Below, piece by piece: positions 9,571 through 19,410 of a stretch of 64,000 nt of DNA. Made by a program: the position numbers and the translations under genes. The notes beneath the pieces were generated by a model, which was given only the letters and a program-made list of their open reading frames with translations, did not search any database and had not been told where the DNA came from. The DNA is from Bacteroidales bacterium (GTDB taxonomy: Bacteria; Bacteroidota; Bacteroidia; Bacteroidales; PUMT01): contig SLKJ01000087.1 of the NCBI GenBank assembly GCA_007134675.1, forward strand, positions 1,172-65,171, given 5' to 3'. Position 1 is the first letter of the stretch. Each line of letters starts with the position of its first letter.

Positions 9571-10920
9571 TTAATAATGGAAAACTACTCCGCCAGCCAT
9601 CACCTCCTGTTGTTCTTCGTCAAAGGTTACGAACTGCCCGGTACGTAATGCTGCCGTAACCATTATGTTTGCAACTGAGTGATCATAACCCGATTTCACC
9701 GGTGCATTTGGCTCCTTACGGCTTCTTACACATTCCATCCAGTTTCTCATATGGCTCAGCGTCATGCTGTCTACTCCGGTATCTGCTGCAGTTACGATAG
9801 CGGCAGAGGGGAGTTCTTTTTCAGGCAGCAGGTTTGGCTCCATATTCATCGCTCTGGCGTGGTTTTCAGCAAGCCCGCCTTCGGATGTGATTCTGTTTGT
9901 GGCAAGGTTGAGGGTTCCTCCGTTTGAATAATATAGTTCCTTAACTCCGCCAGCAGAGTTAGTGAAGCGGGAGGAATAAACTACCTGGAATCCTTTTGAA
10001 GGATCATCCTTTGGTCCGTAGTCAAAAACCGCAGTCATGGTATCAGCGTTTTCTCTACCGTCCTTCCACAGGTATACTCCGCCATTTGCAGCAACACTTC
10101 TTGGATAGTCGTAACCACTGAACCAGTGAACTGTGTCTATCTGGTGTGCCATCCATTGTCCGGGAATTCCTGAAGAGTAGGGCCAGAACAGCCTGTACTC
10201 AAGATATTTTCTGGGGTCCCATGGTTCATAGGGCCTGTTCATAATGTACCTTTTCCAGTCTGTGTCCCTCTCCCTTATTTGTGCAACCAGTCCCGGTCTT
10301 CTCCACCTGCCGGGCTGGTTCACATTCCAGGTCATCTCCACCATTACTATATCGCCAAAACGGCCTGACTTTATAAATTCGTGGGCAGCATGATAGTTGG
10401 CTCCGCTTCTTCTCTGCGAACCGATTGTTACGATCTTTCCGGTTCGCTCAACTGCAGCCCGGCCCTTTCGATTATCTTCCATTGTCTCGGCAAATGGCTT
10501 TTCAACATAAGCATCTTTCCCAGCCTCCACTGCTTCTATGGTGTGAAGTGCATGCTGGAAATCGGCAGTACCAATTATAACGGCGTCCACATTGCTTTTT
10601 TCGTAAAGCTCTTCATTGTTGCGGTATAGATCAACGCTGACGTCTCTTTGAGCCAGAAAAGCCTTTGCCTCGTCACGCCTTCGGTTCCAGATATCGGATA
10701 CAGCGGTGAAAGCAAAATTAAAATCTTTTGCCTGGCTAAGCATTGCATCAACGAGTGAGTTTCTTGTACGGTCTGAAAAACCGATTATTCCTACATTGAT
10801 ACGGTCATTGGAGCCTATAATGCTTCCGTAGGATTTTGCACTTAAGCCCAAGCCTCCCATGGTTACCCCGGCAGTACCAAGAGCAACTTTTTTAACGAAA
10901 TCTCTTCTGGTGTTTTGCAT
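9571..10920 (-). CDS. Gfo/Idh/MocA family oxidoreductase with twin-arginine (TAT) signal
   Basis: The N-terminus MQNTRRDFVKKVALGTAG is a TAT signal, followed by a Rossmann motif (INVGIIGF) and a GFO_IDH_MocA C-terminal domain. Confidence 0.85.
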   Translation of the reverse strand: MQNTRRDFVKKVALGTAGVTMGGLGLSAKSYGSIIGSNDRINVGIIGFSDRTRNSLVDAMLSQAKDFNFAFTAVSDIWNRRRDEAKAFLAQRDVSVDLYRNNEELYEKSNVDAVIIGTADFQHALHTIEAVEAGKDAYVEKPFAETMEDNRKGRAAVERTGKIVTIGSQRRSGANYHAAHEFIKSGRFGDIVMVEMTWNVNQPGRWRRPGLVAQIRERDTDWKRYIMNRPYEPWDPRKYLEYRLFWPYSSGIPGQWMAHQIDTVHWFSGYDYPRSVAANGGVYLWKDGRENADTMTAVFDYGPKDDPSKGFQVVYSSRFTNSAGGVKELYYSNGGTLNLATNRITSEGGLAENHARAMNMEPNLLPEKELPSAAIVTAADTGVDSMTLSHMRNWMECVRSRKEPNAPVKSGYDHSVANIMVTAALRTGQFVTFDEEQQEVMAGGVVFHY

Positions 10921-11061
10921 GATCTGTGGTTTTGATTTACAAGTTTTTAATATGGAATAAATTAGAAAATTTTATTCTGGCTAACTTATCATTTGTGAGT
11001 GGTATTACCCGAAACAACTTGTAAATATATAAATTTTTACAGGTTTTTCAGGTATGATAAT

Positions 11062-11769
11062 TTATGTTTCGAATCTCCTTATTGCCTCTTCCATTATTGC
11101 AACCGTAGCGGTGGCGCCGCATCTGGAGCAGCCTGCCTCCCTGACTGCAAGCAGTTGATCAAGTGTCCTTATACCCCCCGCGGCCTTAACCAGCACTTCC
11201 GGCCCGCTGTGTTGCCTCATCAGCTTCAGGTCAGGAACAGTGGCTCCCGTATAGGAGAACCTGCCATTCCTGTCTTTTACAAAGCCAAACCCTGATGAAG
11301 TTTTAACGAAATCGGCACCAGTTTTAGTGCAGATTTTGCAGAGCTTTATCTTGTCTTCATCACGGGTCACATAGTCGGTTTCAATAATCACTTTAACAAT
11401 CGCTCCGTTAGTATGGCAGGCTTTTGTCACAGCACCAACCTCTTTTTCAATATATTCCCATTCTCCCGAAAGGGCCTTACCGATATTAATCACCATATCT
11501 ATTTCTTCTGCACCGTCTCTGCATGCAGTTTCGGTTTCAAACACCTTGACTTCAATAGTGGAATTTCCTGCGGGGAAGCCTGTTACACATCCTACCATCA
11601 CATCTGTCCCCCTGAGGTATTCTGCTGCCATCCTTACCATATATGGTTTTACGCATACCGAGGCAACATCGTATTTAACCGCCACCTTACAGTCCCTTAA
11701 CAGATCCTCGTCTGTCATTGTTGGGTGAAGGATAGAGTGGTCAATCATTTTTGCAAGTTCCTTGATCAT
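11062..11769 (-). CDS. deoC: Deoxyribose-phosphate aldolase
   Basis: It contains IDHSILHP, VCV.P, GFPAG, EIDMVINIG and the Schiff-base lysine context FVKTSSGFG. Confidence 0.9.
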   Translation of the reverse strand: MIKELAKMIDHSILHPTMTDEDLLRDCKVAVKYDVASVCVKPYMVRMAAEYLRGTDVMVGCVTGFPAGNSTIEVKVFETETACRDGAEEIDMVINIGKALSGEWEYIEKEVGAVTKACHTNGAIVKVIIETDYVTRDEDKIKLCKICTKTGADFVKTSSGFGFVKDRNGRFSYTGATVPDLKLMRQHSGPEVLVKAAGGIRTLDQLLAVREAGCSRCGATATVAIMEEAIRRFET

Positions 11770-11959
11770 ATCAGTGATTTTTAATTTATTCAGTGAGCTG
11801 TTGTTTTTTGACTTGTTTCTATTTTTTTTGTATTTTGAGAAGCAATTTTATCGGGATTCAGTTAATTGTTTTGATGACCTGATCAAAATATTTCAACTGA
11901 GTATCATATTTTAAATTTAATAATAATAAAAAAATTGACTAACAAAAACTTTTGCAATT

Positions 11960-12835
11960 ATGAAAAAAGCACTTTTTTGTCTGTTTTCTTCATTTTTAAC
12001 TGGTTTTATTTCTTTTTTGCCTGCTCAGGATGAATCTGAAGTGTCTGATGAAATTCTTCTGGAGCTTTATGATGGCGCCAGAGTGGCTGATGTTGTTGAT
12101 GGCCTTGCCACTGCAGGTTATATCGGTGTTGGTGTTATGGATCCGGCTATCTCCCCTTTATGGAAGGATGTTAAGGATATGAGCCACCGTTTCGCCGGAA
12201 TTGCGGTTACAGTAAGGTACGGGCCAACGAACCGTCCCTGGCATCCCGGTGCAGACCTTACAAAACCTGAAAATTATGAAGTATATCGCAAATGGAGGGG
12301 TATGTGGTATTCGCAGCTTTCTCCAGAACCTTTTCGTGAATATATTAAACCGGGGACTGTAATTGTGATGGACAATAAGGATGATAATGATACCGGATCG
12401 ACCGGGTCGAACAATATTATGAGCTGGCAGGAAAGGGGAGCTGTGGGACTGGTTACTGCAGGGGGAATAAGGGATATTGATGAGATAATACTGCAAAGAA
12501 ATCCTGTTTATACCAACTATTATGAAAGAGGAAGGGGTGAAAGGATTGGAAGAAATGAAATTATTGATGTTCAGAGGCCTGTGGTGGTTGGTGGGGTGCT
12601 TGTTGAACCTGGTGATGTTGTGGTAGCTGATTCTGATGGGGTTGTTGTTGTGCCCAGGCGGGTTGCTGTCAGGGTAGGCCAGATAGCTTATCAGGAGCTG
12701 GTGGCAGATATTGCCGGCAGAAGGAGGTTGTATGAGCGGCTGGGCTATGAATTTGATGAGACGGTGCGGTTAAGGGAGGAGCCTGAGGTTTTTTTTAAGC
12801 GCCTCGGGTTGCCGCCTGATCCAAATAACCCCTGA
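11960..12835 (+). CDS. RraA/HMG-aldolase-fold family protein with N-terminal signal peptide
   Basis: A signal-like segment (MKKALFCLFSSFLTGFISFLPAQ) is followed by the RraA-like segments GAVGLVTAGGIRD and GDVVVADSDGVVVVP. Confidence 0.6.
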   Translation: MKKALFCLFSSFLTGFISFLPAQDESEVSDEILLELYDGARVADVVDGLATAGYIGVGVMDPAISPLWKDVKDMSHRFAGIAVTVRYGPTNRPWHPGADLTKPENYEVYRKWRGMWYSQLSPEPFREYIKPGTVIVMDNKDDNDTGSTGSNNIMSWQERGAVGLVTAGGIRDIDEIILQRNPVYTNYYERGRGERIGRNEIIDVQRPVVVGGVLVEPGDVVVADSDGVVVVPRRVAVRVGQIAYQELVADIAGRRRLYERLGYEFDETVRLREEPEVFFKRLGLPPDPNNP

Positions 12836-12938
12836 GAAATATCAGGCTTCAGAATCTTAACCGGATCAATTTTTCCCTGCAGGTTTTTTCGGGATACATT
12901 CCGAATGTTTGAAGTATGAATAATCCGCTACGAAATTG

Positions 12939-14264
12939 TCAGTGTGGTGTCAGAGTACTTAGAACGTTTTTAATTGCCTCGGCCTTAAGCAGACATTCAC
13001 AGTATTCATTCTCGGGTATTGATTGACCTGTAATGGCGCTCCCTGCCATAAATGACAGGGAGGATGTCGTTCGGTCATACTGAATGCTTCTGATTACAAC
13101 ATTGAAATCAAAATCCATTTCGGGAGTAATGTATCCTACTGCACCTGAATAAAGTCCGCGCTTACTCTTTTCGTACTGCTCAATTATCTCCATGGCCCTT
13201 ATTTTGGGTGCTCCGGTCATTGATCCCATTGGGAAGGCAGCCTTTATAATATCAGTAAAGCTTTTGCCATGATTCAATCTGGCTGAAACAGATGACTGCA
13301 TCTGGTGTACTTTTGGGTATGGATATATTGCACATAGTTCATCAACATTTACTGAGGCTCTGGCAGAGATCCTGGACAGGTCATTCCTTACAAGATCTGT
13401 AATCATTATGTTTTCAGCCCTCTCTTTTGGATCATTTTTAAGTAATTCAGAAATTTTAATGTCCTCCTCAGGTGTTTTTCCCCTGACCGCTGTTCCTTTG
13501 ATTGGTTGTGAAATGATTCTGTTACCTGTTTTCTTTAAAAACCTTTCGGGACTGGAGCAAAGCAGATATTTCTCATTTTGCCTGTAATAACATGAAAAGG
13601 GAGTGGGAGATTCTTCAATCAGCTTAAACCAGGTTGCCAGGGGGTCAATGAGGGCTTTCTCTGAAAAAAACTCCTGGCAGAAATTGACTTCATAGATATC
13701 ACCTCGCTGAATATGTTCCTTTATTTGTTCAATTGTTTTCAGATAGACGGATCTGGAAATTACTTCTTCAATTTTGTCTATACGGTTAATTCCATTCATC
13801 TCAACGGGACTGCCTTCTATTTCTGCTACCAGTTTTCTGACCTCCTCTTCGCCGGTGCAATCCGGGCGCCATCCTGCTTCCAGCCTGTTGTTACGGATTA
13901 TGAAGATGTATAGGGGTACAAAAAATCCTGCCGGGGGAAATTTTATTCTGTCCGGATGGAGGGATGTCAGATTTTCAATTTCATTTTTCAGGTCATAACC
14001 AAGATGCCCGAACAGCCAGTCATCTCTTTCTGAGAAGAATTTTTCAAATGAGTTCATCCAATTGCCATCTTCTGACATTAAATTCTCCAATGAACCAAAA
14101 GCAGCAATAAAATCATAAGTATGACTGGCCCCGGGAAAAGGGAAAATATTCCGGTAATTATTGGAGTTAAGAATGGCTGTGTTACTGAATTCTTTTCCCC
14201 AGGTCAGTAGTTTCCTGATGAAAAGACCAGTGTCTTTTAAGATAAAACTGCTGAATTGACGCAT
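12939..14264 (-). CDS. pabB: Aminodeoxychorismate synthase component I (anthranilate synthase component I family)
   Basis: The chorismate-binding domain motifs SPERFL, GAPKIRAMEIIE and RGLYSGAVGY are present. At 441 aa it lacks the TrpE N-terminal regulatory features. Confidence 0.8.
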   Translation of the reverse strand: MRQFSSFILKDTGLFIRKLLTWGKEFSNTAILNSNNYRNIFPFPGASHTYDFIAAFGSLENLMSEDGNWMNSFEKFFSERDDWLFGHLGYDLKNEIENLTSLHPDRIKFPPAGFFVPLYIFIIRNNRLEAGWRPDCTGEEEVRKLVAEIEGSPVEMNGINRIDKIEEVISRSVYLKTIEQIKEHIQRGDIYEVNFCQEFFSEKALIDPLATWFKLIEESPTPFSCYYRQNEKYLLCSSPERFLKKTGNRIISQPIKGTAVRGKTPEEDIKISELLKNDPKERAENIMITDLVRNDLSRISARASVNVDELCAIYPYPKVHQMQSSVSARLNHGKSFTDIIKAAFPMGSMTGAPKIRAMEIIEQYEKSKRGLYSGAVGYITPEMDFDFNVVIRSIQYDRTTSSLSFMAGSAITGQSIPENEYCECLLKAEAIKNVLSTLTPH

Positions 14265-14321
14265 TCCGTAAATATAATAATTGAGCCTGAGTTATAATTT
14301 CCGGCCGGGATAATTAACTGT

Positions 14322-16271
14322 TCAGCGAAAGGGAATAATATCAGGTGCTCCAATTCTAAATCCATCAGGAATATGCCTTCTTTCACTTATCAGATAGAAT
14401 AACCTCTTTGAGGCTGAATCAGGGAGTCTTGGGAAATAGGCAAATCTGAACTGCAGTGTTGGAAAGACCAGATGTTCGTTCCGCATTCTCATACCAATTC
14501 CAAATCCGCTGTAAAAACTGTCATTTATTATTGATCTGTTGCCATCTCCTATCCACCCGAGGTCTGCCATCGCATAAAGGGCATATCTGAATCCGTACCA
14601 GTTATTTTTAGCATACAACATGCTTTCAGTCTGCAAAGTAAGCCTTTTTGTTCCTCTCAGAGCATCACTTCTCAATCCCCTGATCCCATAGTCGTTGCTG
14701 ATACTTATAATTTCGTCTTCAAACCTTGAGATTCCCTGCGTAAAGTTAAGGGTCAGGAACTGCCGGAAATAAAATCGATTTAAGTCCGCTAGCTTTGAGA
14801 AGCCCGATGTTTCCAGTCTCAATACACCCTGTTCATATACTCCCTTATTCAGAAATCCCCCAAGCGAGATGCTGTTATTGAGATAGAATCTGTTTTGCAT
14901 ATAATTGCCGGTCATAATACTGAATCCAGAATACCAGCGCTGAAAAAACTGGGATGTTTCATATCCAATAGTAGCCTCCAACCTGGCTCCTGTTGGAATA
15001 TCTTCAGTCGGGCCATGACCATAGATAAAGTTACTTTTAAGATAACCGATCTGAATCAGTGAAATGTTTAAAAGAAAGAGGTTCCTGTCATGGAATTTAT
15101 ATCTGGTTCTCTCGCCTATTTCAGGGCGTTCAAAATAGATGTTGCGGTTGAACCTTGATGTGATGTAAATGTTTCTTCGATGATATGAATCTTTTAAAGG
15201 CAGGAGGAATGATCGTCCAAACCACATATCATATTCATGGAAGTTAAGTTTATGATTGTAAAATGAGGTGTCAGGAAAAATGAAGTTGTCAGTTAGCCGG
15301 GAAGTTGTAAATTCCAGACCTCCGGCATACTTCATGGATGGTGTCAAAAAGTCCCTTGTGGCACTGATCCGAAATGTGTTATTCCCGTAAGTGTCAAGGT
15401 AACTTATCCTTCCATCTATGAAATTTCCCCTGATGTTGTTGATCCTCAATCTTGTCCCATGCCCGAACAGCCTTTCTGACCCTCCTTCAAAATAAATACT
15501 GGTCTTCAGATCCTGTCCCCATCCGAAAACATTTCTATCATAAATGTCAAATCTTCCTTTATCAATTTCAAGCATATCCAAATCAAAACCCTTTGACCAG
15601 CGGTCCTTGGTCATAACCACAACATCTGCGTAGCCCGGATTTAATTTATCCTCAAATATATAGATCCGGGCATCTTCCAGATAAGGTAACTGCCTCAGGA
15701 TTCGCTCGTTGTCACTAAACAGGAACGGGTCAACTTTATCTTCCGTTTTGAAAAGAAGGTTGTTTTTTATTACTCTCTCATTTGTGTTGAAATGTAAAAG
15801 CATCCCTATCCTTTCAATACTTTCCGGTAAATGGAAAATTGGATTGTCAATGCTTGGGGCCAGCATATCTGAAGAACTGAAACTAATATTCCTTATAATC
15901 AATCCTTCATATTCTTCAAACTCATTTTCGCTTCTTCTGGGCCGCATGATCTGTTGCCGTGCTGATATCTGCTTTTTAACAATAAACTCATGCAGCCATC
16001 TTGTAATATACCTGCGATGTGCCACATCCCTCAGGTTATTGTAAAAAATTAATTCATGAGAATTAATTCCGTAATAATCCCGCCCGGGGTTTGTAAATGA
16101 ATTAGGGTTATCTAAAGGATTAATATTCATCCCTTGTGATTTAATAGATATTGCTGCAGGTTTACCGGGTAATGGCAAAAAAGATGGTTTCAGGCTGTCA
16201 GTTTGCATTTGTGCTGACAGACTGGTTGAGGTGAGAAAAAATACTGATATAATCAATACTCTGTTACGCAA
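14322..16271 (-). CDS. Omp85/BamA-like outer-membrane beta-barrel protein (tentative)
   Basis: It has a signal peptide (SLSAQ), a POTRA-like segment (IKNNLLFKTEDKVDPFLFSDNERILRQLPYLEDARIYI) and a long C-terminal region rich in aromatics and alternating beta-strand patterns. Confidence 0.45.
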   Translation of the reverse strand: MRNRVLIISVFFLTSTSLSAQMQTDSLKPSFLPLPGKPAAISIKSQGMNINPLDNPNSFTNPGRDYYGINSHELIFYNNLRDVAHRRYITRWLHEFIVKKQISARQQIMRPRRSENEFEEYEGLIIRNISFSSSDMLAPSIDNPIFHLPESIERIGMLLHFNTNERVIKNNLLFKTEDKVDPFLFSDNERILRQLPYLEDARIYIFEDKLNPGYADVVVMTKDRWSKGFDLDMLEIDKGRFDIYDRNVFGWGQDLKTSIYFEGGSERLFGHGTRLRINNIRGNFIDGRISYLDTYGNNTFRISATRDFLTPSMKYAGGLEFTTSRLTDNFIFPDTSFYNHKLNFHEYDMWFGRSFLLPLKDSYHRRNIYITSRFNRNIYFERPEIGERTRYKFHDRNLFLLNISLIQIGYLKSNFIYGHGPTEDIPTGARLEATIGYETSQFFQRWYSGFSIMTGNYMQNRFYLNNSISLGGFLNKGVYEQGVLRLETSGFSKLADLNRFYFRQFLTLNFTQGISRFEDEIISISNDYGIRGLRSDALRGTKRLTLQTESMLYAKNNWYGFRYALYAMADLGWIGDGNRSIINDSFYSGFGIGMRMRNEHLVFPTLQFRFAYFPRLPDSASKRLFYLISERRHIPDGFRIGAPDIIPFR

Positions 16272-16832
16272 AAGACAACTTGTTTAGTCTGTTTCAGATT
16301 CACTGTCTTCATGAGATCAGGATTTATTTTGATAAATCCCTGATCATTGAAGATGATTTTACAAATATATATGAAATATTTTCAGCTTAAATTACGCACA
16401 GACAAGATGAAAAAATTTGACTTCGTCGATTACACATGCATTATTCAGTTCTTTTTGAATTGTTAACCTGATGTATAATTCACTCGTATAAATTATAGTT
16501 AGCAATTTGTTTAACAATATGTTACTAATTCATGATTCGGGTAATTGGCTTTTCAAACCCATGGATCCCCCTGGTTTGTTCATGTCTTTTTGTGTTACAC
16601 AGTAACATGGGGATTCATTTGAAAACTAAGTGGTGCGTCCTGTGGTCGCGGTAACGTTCTGGAAGTGGATTGTCCGATCTGAGCGATTTTTTTTATTTAT
16701 TGTGTGTAAGCTGGTATGTAAAAAAAATCAGATAGGCTTTCTGTTATCCAATTTTTTTTACCTTTACCTCTCGGTTTTTTTGATCAGGTATTTTTCAGAC
16801 CATTTTTTTTAACCTAAATAATAATTAATACT

Positions 16833-17792
16833 ATGAATGAATATGTTATAGGTATTGACATCGGAGGAACATTTACAAAAATGGGCTTTGTGAACCGTGA
16901 TGGTAATTGTTTTGCCGAAAGTGTTACCCCAACTGATGCATATGATAATGTTGAAGATTATCTTGCAAATCTTGTTAAGGAGCTGAAAAAATCTGAAGAT
17001 CAGCTTGAAGGGTCTTATAAGATTGTCGGTATTGGTATTGGTGCGCCAAACGGAAATTATCATAAAGGGACTATTGAAAATGCCACCAACCTCAAATGGC
17101 GGGGAGTTATAAATTTTACCGATATGGTCAAAGAACATTACAATCTTCCTGTAAAACTTACTAACGATGCAAATGCTGCAGCACTTGGAGAAATGGTTTA
17201 TGGCGGGGCCCAGGGAATGAAGGATTTTATAATGATTACTCTTGGAACAGGTCTGGGGAGCGGTATAGTTGTTAACGGAGATCTTGTTTACGGCCATGAT
17301 GGATTTGCCGGAGAACTCGGGCATGTAAATGTAGTTGAAAATGGCAGAAAATGTGGCTGTGGTAACCTTGGTTGCCTGGAGACCTATGTGTCTGCTCCCG
17401 GAATAAAGAGAACAGTTTTTGAGCTTCTGGCATCTGACAGCAAAGGGAGTGACCTCGTTAACTACAGCTTTGATGAACTTGATTCGGAGATGATATACAA
17501 TGCTGCCGTCAAAAATGATCCGGTAGCTCTTAAAGCATTCGAAGTTACCGGCAGGATTCTGGGGAGAAAACTGGCAGATTCAGTTGCCCATACCAGTCCT
17601 GAAGCAGTATTTCTATTAGGAGGCTTATCAAAATCCGGTGATTATATTTTCAAGCCGACAAAAAAATATATGGAAGAGAGCGTAATGGGAACATTCAAAA
17701 ACAAAGTCAAAATACTGCCCTCACAACTGACAGACAAGAATGCTGCGGTTATGGGATCCAGCGCTTTGATCTGGAAGGAACTTGATAAATAG
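16833..17792 (+). CDS. ROK family sugar kinase (glucokinase-like)
   Basis: It has the IGIDIGGT ATP-binding motif and the CGCGNLGCLE zinc motif. Confidence 0.9.
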   Translation: MNEYVIGIDIGGTFTKMGFVNRDGNCFAESVTPTDAYDNVEDYLANLVKELKKSEDQLEGSYKIVGIGIGAPNGNYHKGTIENATNLKWRGVINFTDMVKEHYNLPVKLTNDANAAALGEMVYGGAQGMKDFIMITLGTGLGSGIVVNGDLVYGHDGFAGELGHVNVVENGRKCGCGNLGCLETYVSAPGIKRTVFELLASDSKGSDLVNYSFDELDSEMIYNAAVKNDPVALKAFEVTGRILGRKLADSVAHTSPEAVFLLGGLSKSGDYIFKPTKKYMEESVMGTFKNKVKILPSQLTDKNAAVMGSSALIWKELDK

Positions 17793-17835
17793 ATTATACA
17801 TTAAGTCAAACAATTTCTAAACTAAATTAATAGAC

Positions 17836-19263
17836 ATGTCAAATCACAGCAGCAATACAATGAGGGTGGGAATGATTTTCATTTCCATAATCTTTTTTAT
17901 TTTCGGGTTTGTTACCACCTTTATTATAACTCTTAGTGATCCTGTAATGGAAGCTTTTGATCTGAGTTATACACAAGGATTTCTTGTCAACTCTGCTTTT
18001 TTTATCTCTTATGCGGTCTTCTCAATTCCGGCAGGTGGTGTTGTTAAAAGGATAGGTTACAAAAACTCAATTGTAGTGGGATTGCTCCTGATCTCTTTTG
18101 CAGGTTTTCTTTTTTTCCCGGCTATCAGGACAGAATCTTACCCGTTCTTTCTGGGAGCGATTGTAATCCTTTCACTTGGAGTTGTGCTATTGCAGACAGC
18201 AGCCAATCCTTTTGTCACTGAACTCGGTCCGCCGGAAACAGCATCAGGAAGATTGAATCTGACACAGGCACTTAATGCAATTGCAACATGGATAGCTCCG
18301 TTAATGATTGTTGCTTTGATTCTGCCGGCCGCTCTACCTGCCATAAATGATAGTATTAATGGTGTGCTGACAGAAGGGATTCCTGACAGGATAAGGCCTT
18401 CCGACCTGCTTCTTCCCTTTATGCTGATTGCGGTATTTGTACTTCTGATAGCTATTGCAGTACGTCTGATAAAACTTCCTGTTCTCAGTCAGGAAGGTGC
18501 CGGTAATTATGCCACCGTCTTTAAATACAGGCATTTACTGCTGGGGGCATTTGCTATATTCTGTTATGTGGGTGCTGAAGTTGGTATTGGTACAGCTATT
18601 TCATCTTATGTTGTTAAAGAGGGTATAGGTGGTGGCATCAGCAGAGATCTGGCGATAAAGTTTGTAGGTCTTTACTGGGCTGGTGCTATGATTGGCAGGC
18701 TGTTTGGTGCAATTTCATTGTCAGACATTAAAAAGAAGGAGTTGAAGTTTACTTTTGCCGGCATCGTATTAGTATGGGCTTTCATTGTAGGTTTTGTAAC
18801 ACTTGAATACAGTGTGGCCATGGCACTTACATTCCTGGGCTTTGCAATACTTAACTTTGCACTAATGCAACTTGGCAGGGGTAAAGCAAATCTTGTCCTT
18901 TCTGTATTCGCAATTGCAGCTGCTTCATTGGCCGTTATATCCATGCTGTCAACCGGGAGGGTGGCTTTGTGGAGCATTGTGTCCATCGGGTTATTTAATT
19001 CCATAATGTTTCCGAATATATTCTCCCTTGCTGTAAAAGGGCTTGACAGAAGTGAGGTCAGTCTTGCATCGGGTGTTATCAACACCCTTATATTCGGCGG
19101 AGCCATAATTCCTTTTATTATGGGTATATTGGGCGATGCATTTGGTATTCAGTATTCATTTATAATACCTGTTGCCTGCTATCTTTATATATTATTCTAT
19201 GCATTGGCAGGAAGTAAACTTAAGCCTGTAGGTGAAACACCAGCATCCGGTCCGCAACCTTAA
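17836..19263 (+). CDS. MFS sugar transporter (FucP/GluP glucose-galactose family)
   Basis: It is a 12-TM MFS protein with a FucP/GluP-like N-terminus, directly downstream of the ROK kinase. Confidence 0.8.
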   Translation: MSNHSSNTMRVGMIFISIIFFIFGFVTTFIITLSDPVMEAFDLSYTQGFLVNSAFFISYAVFSIPAGGVVKRIGYKNSIVVGLLLISFAGFLFFPAIRTESYPFFLGAIVILSLGVVLLQTAANPFVTELGPPETASGRLNLTQALNAIATWIAPLMIVALILPAALPAINDSINGVLTEGIPDRIRPSDLLLPFMLIAVFVLLIAIAVRLIKLPVLSQEGAGNYATVFKYRHLLLGAFAIFCYVGAEVGIGTAISSYVVKEGIGGGISRDLAIKFVGLYWAGAMIGRLFGAISLSDIKKKELKFTFAGIVLVWAFIVGFVTLEYSVAMALTFLGFAILNFALMQLGRGKANLVLSVFAIAAASLAVISMLSTGRVALWSIVSIGLFNSIMFPNIFSLAVKGLDRSEVSLASGVINTLIFGGAIIPFIMGILGDAFGIQYSFIIPVACYLYILFYALAGSKLKPVGETPASGPQP

Positions 19264-19288
19264 ACTTAACTTAATCTTTGAAAAAATT

Positions 19289-19324
19289 ACAAACGGGCTG
19301 TCTCCAGAGAGGTGGCCCGTTTGT
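19289..19324. terminator. Strong hairpin between convergent genes (bidirectional terminator candidate)
   Basis: A perfect 10-bp stem (acaaacgggc / gcccgtttgt) is flanked by an A-run upstream and a T-rich tract downstream. Confidence 0.65.
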
Positions 19325-19410
19325 ATTTATGCCGTACTTTTATTATCCGGTCAGGTCAGTTTTGGAAAAAGGAGGTTTTCGTTATAAGGGGTAAATATAT
19401 ACATGATATA

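Noticed and set aside
11869-11888. Palindrome TTTTGAT-N6-ATCAAAA in the deoC / RraA-like divergent spacer
   Set aside because: It is short and AT-rich, such palindromes are expected by chance in AT-rich spacers, and it matches no operator consensus I can name with confidence.
16809-17324. 171-aa ORF antisense to the ROK kinase, and similar long antisense ORFs (e.g. 41563-42021, 60543-61064, 61428-61886, 62493-63473)
   Set aside because: Each is fully embedded antisense in a gene with clear family motifs. They have low-complexity or odd composition and no motifs, as is typical of shadow ORFs.
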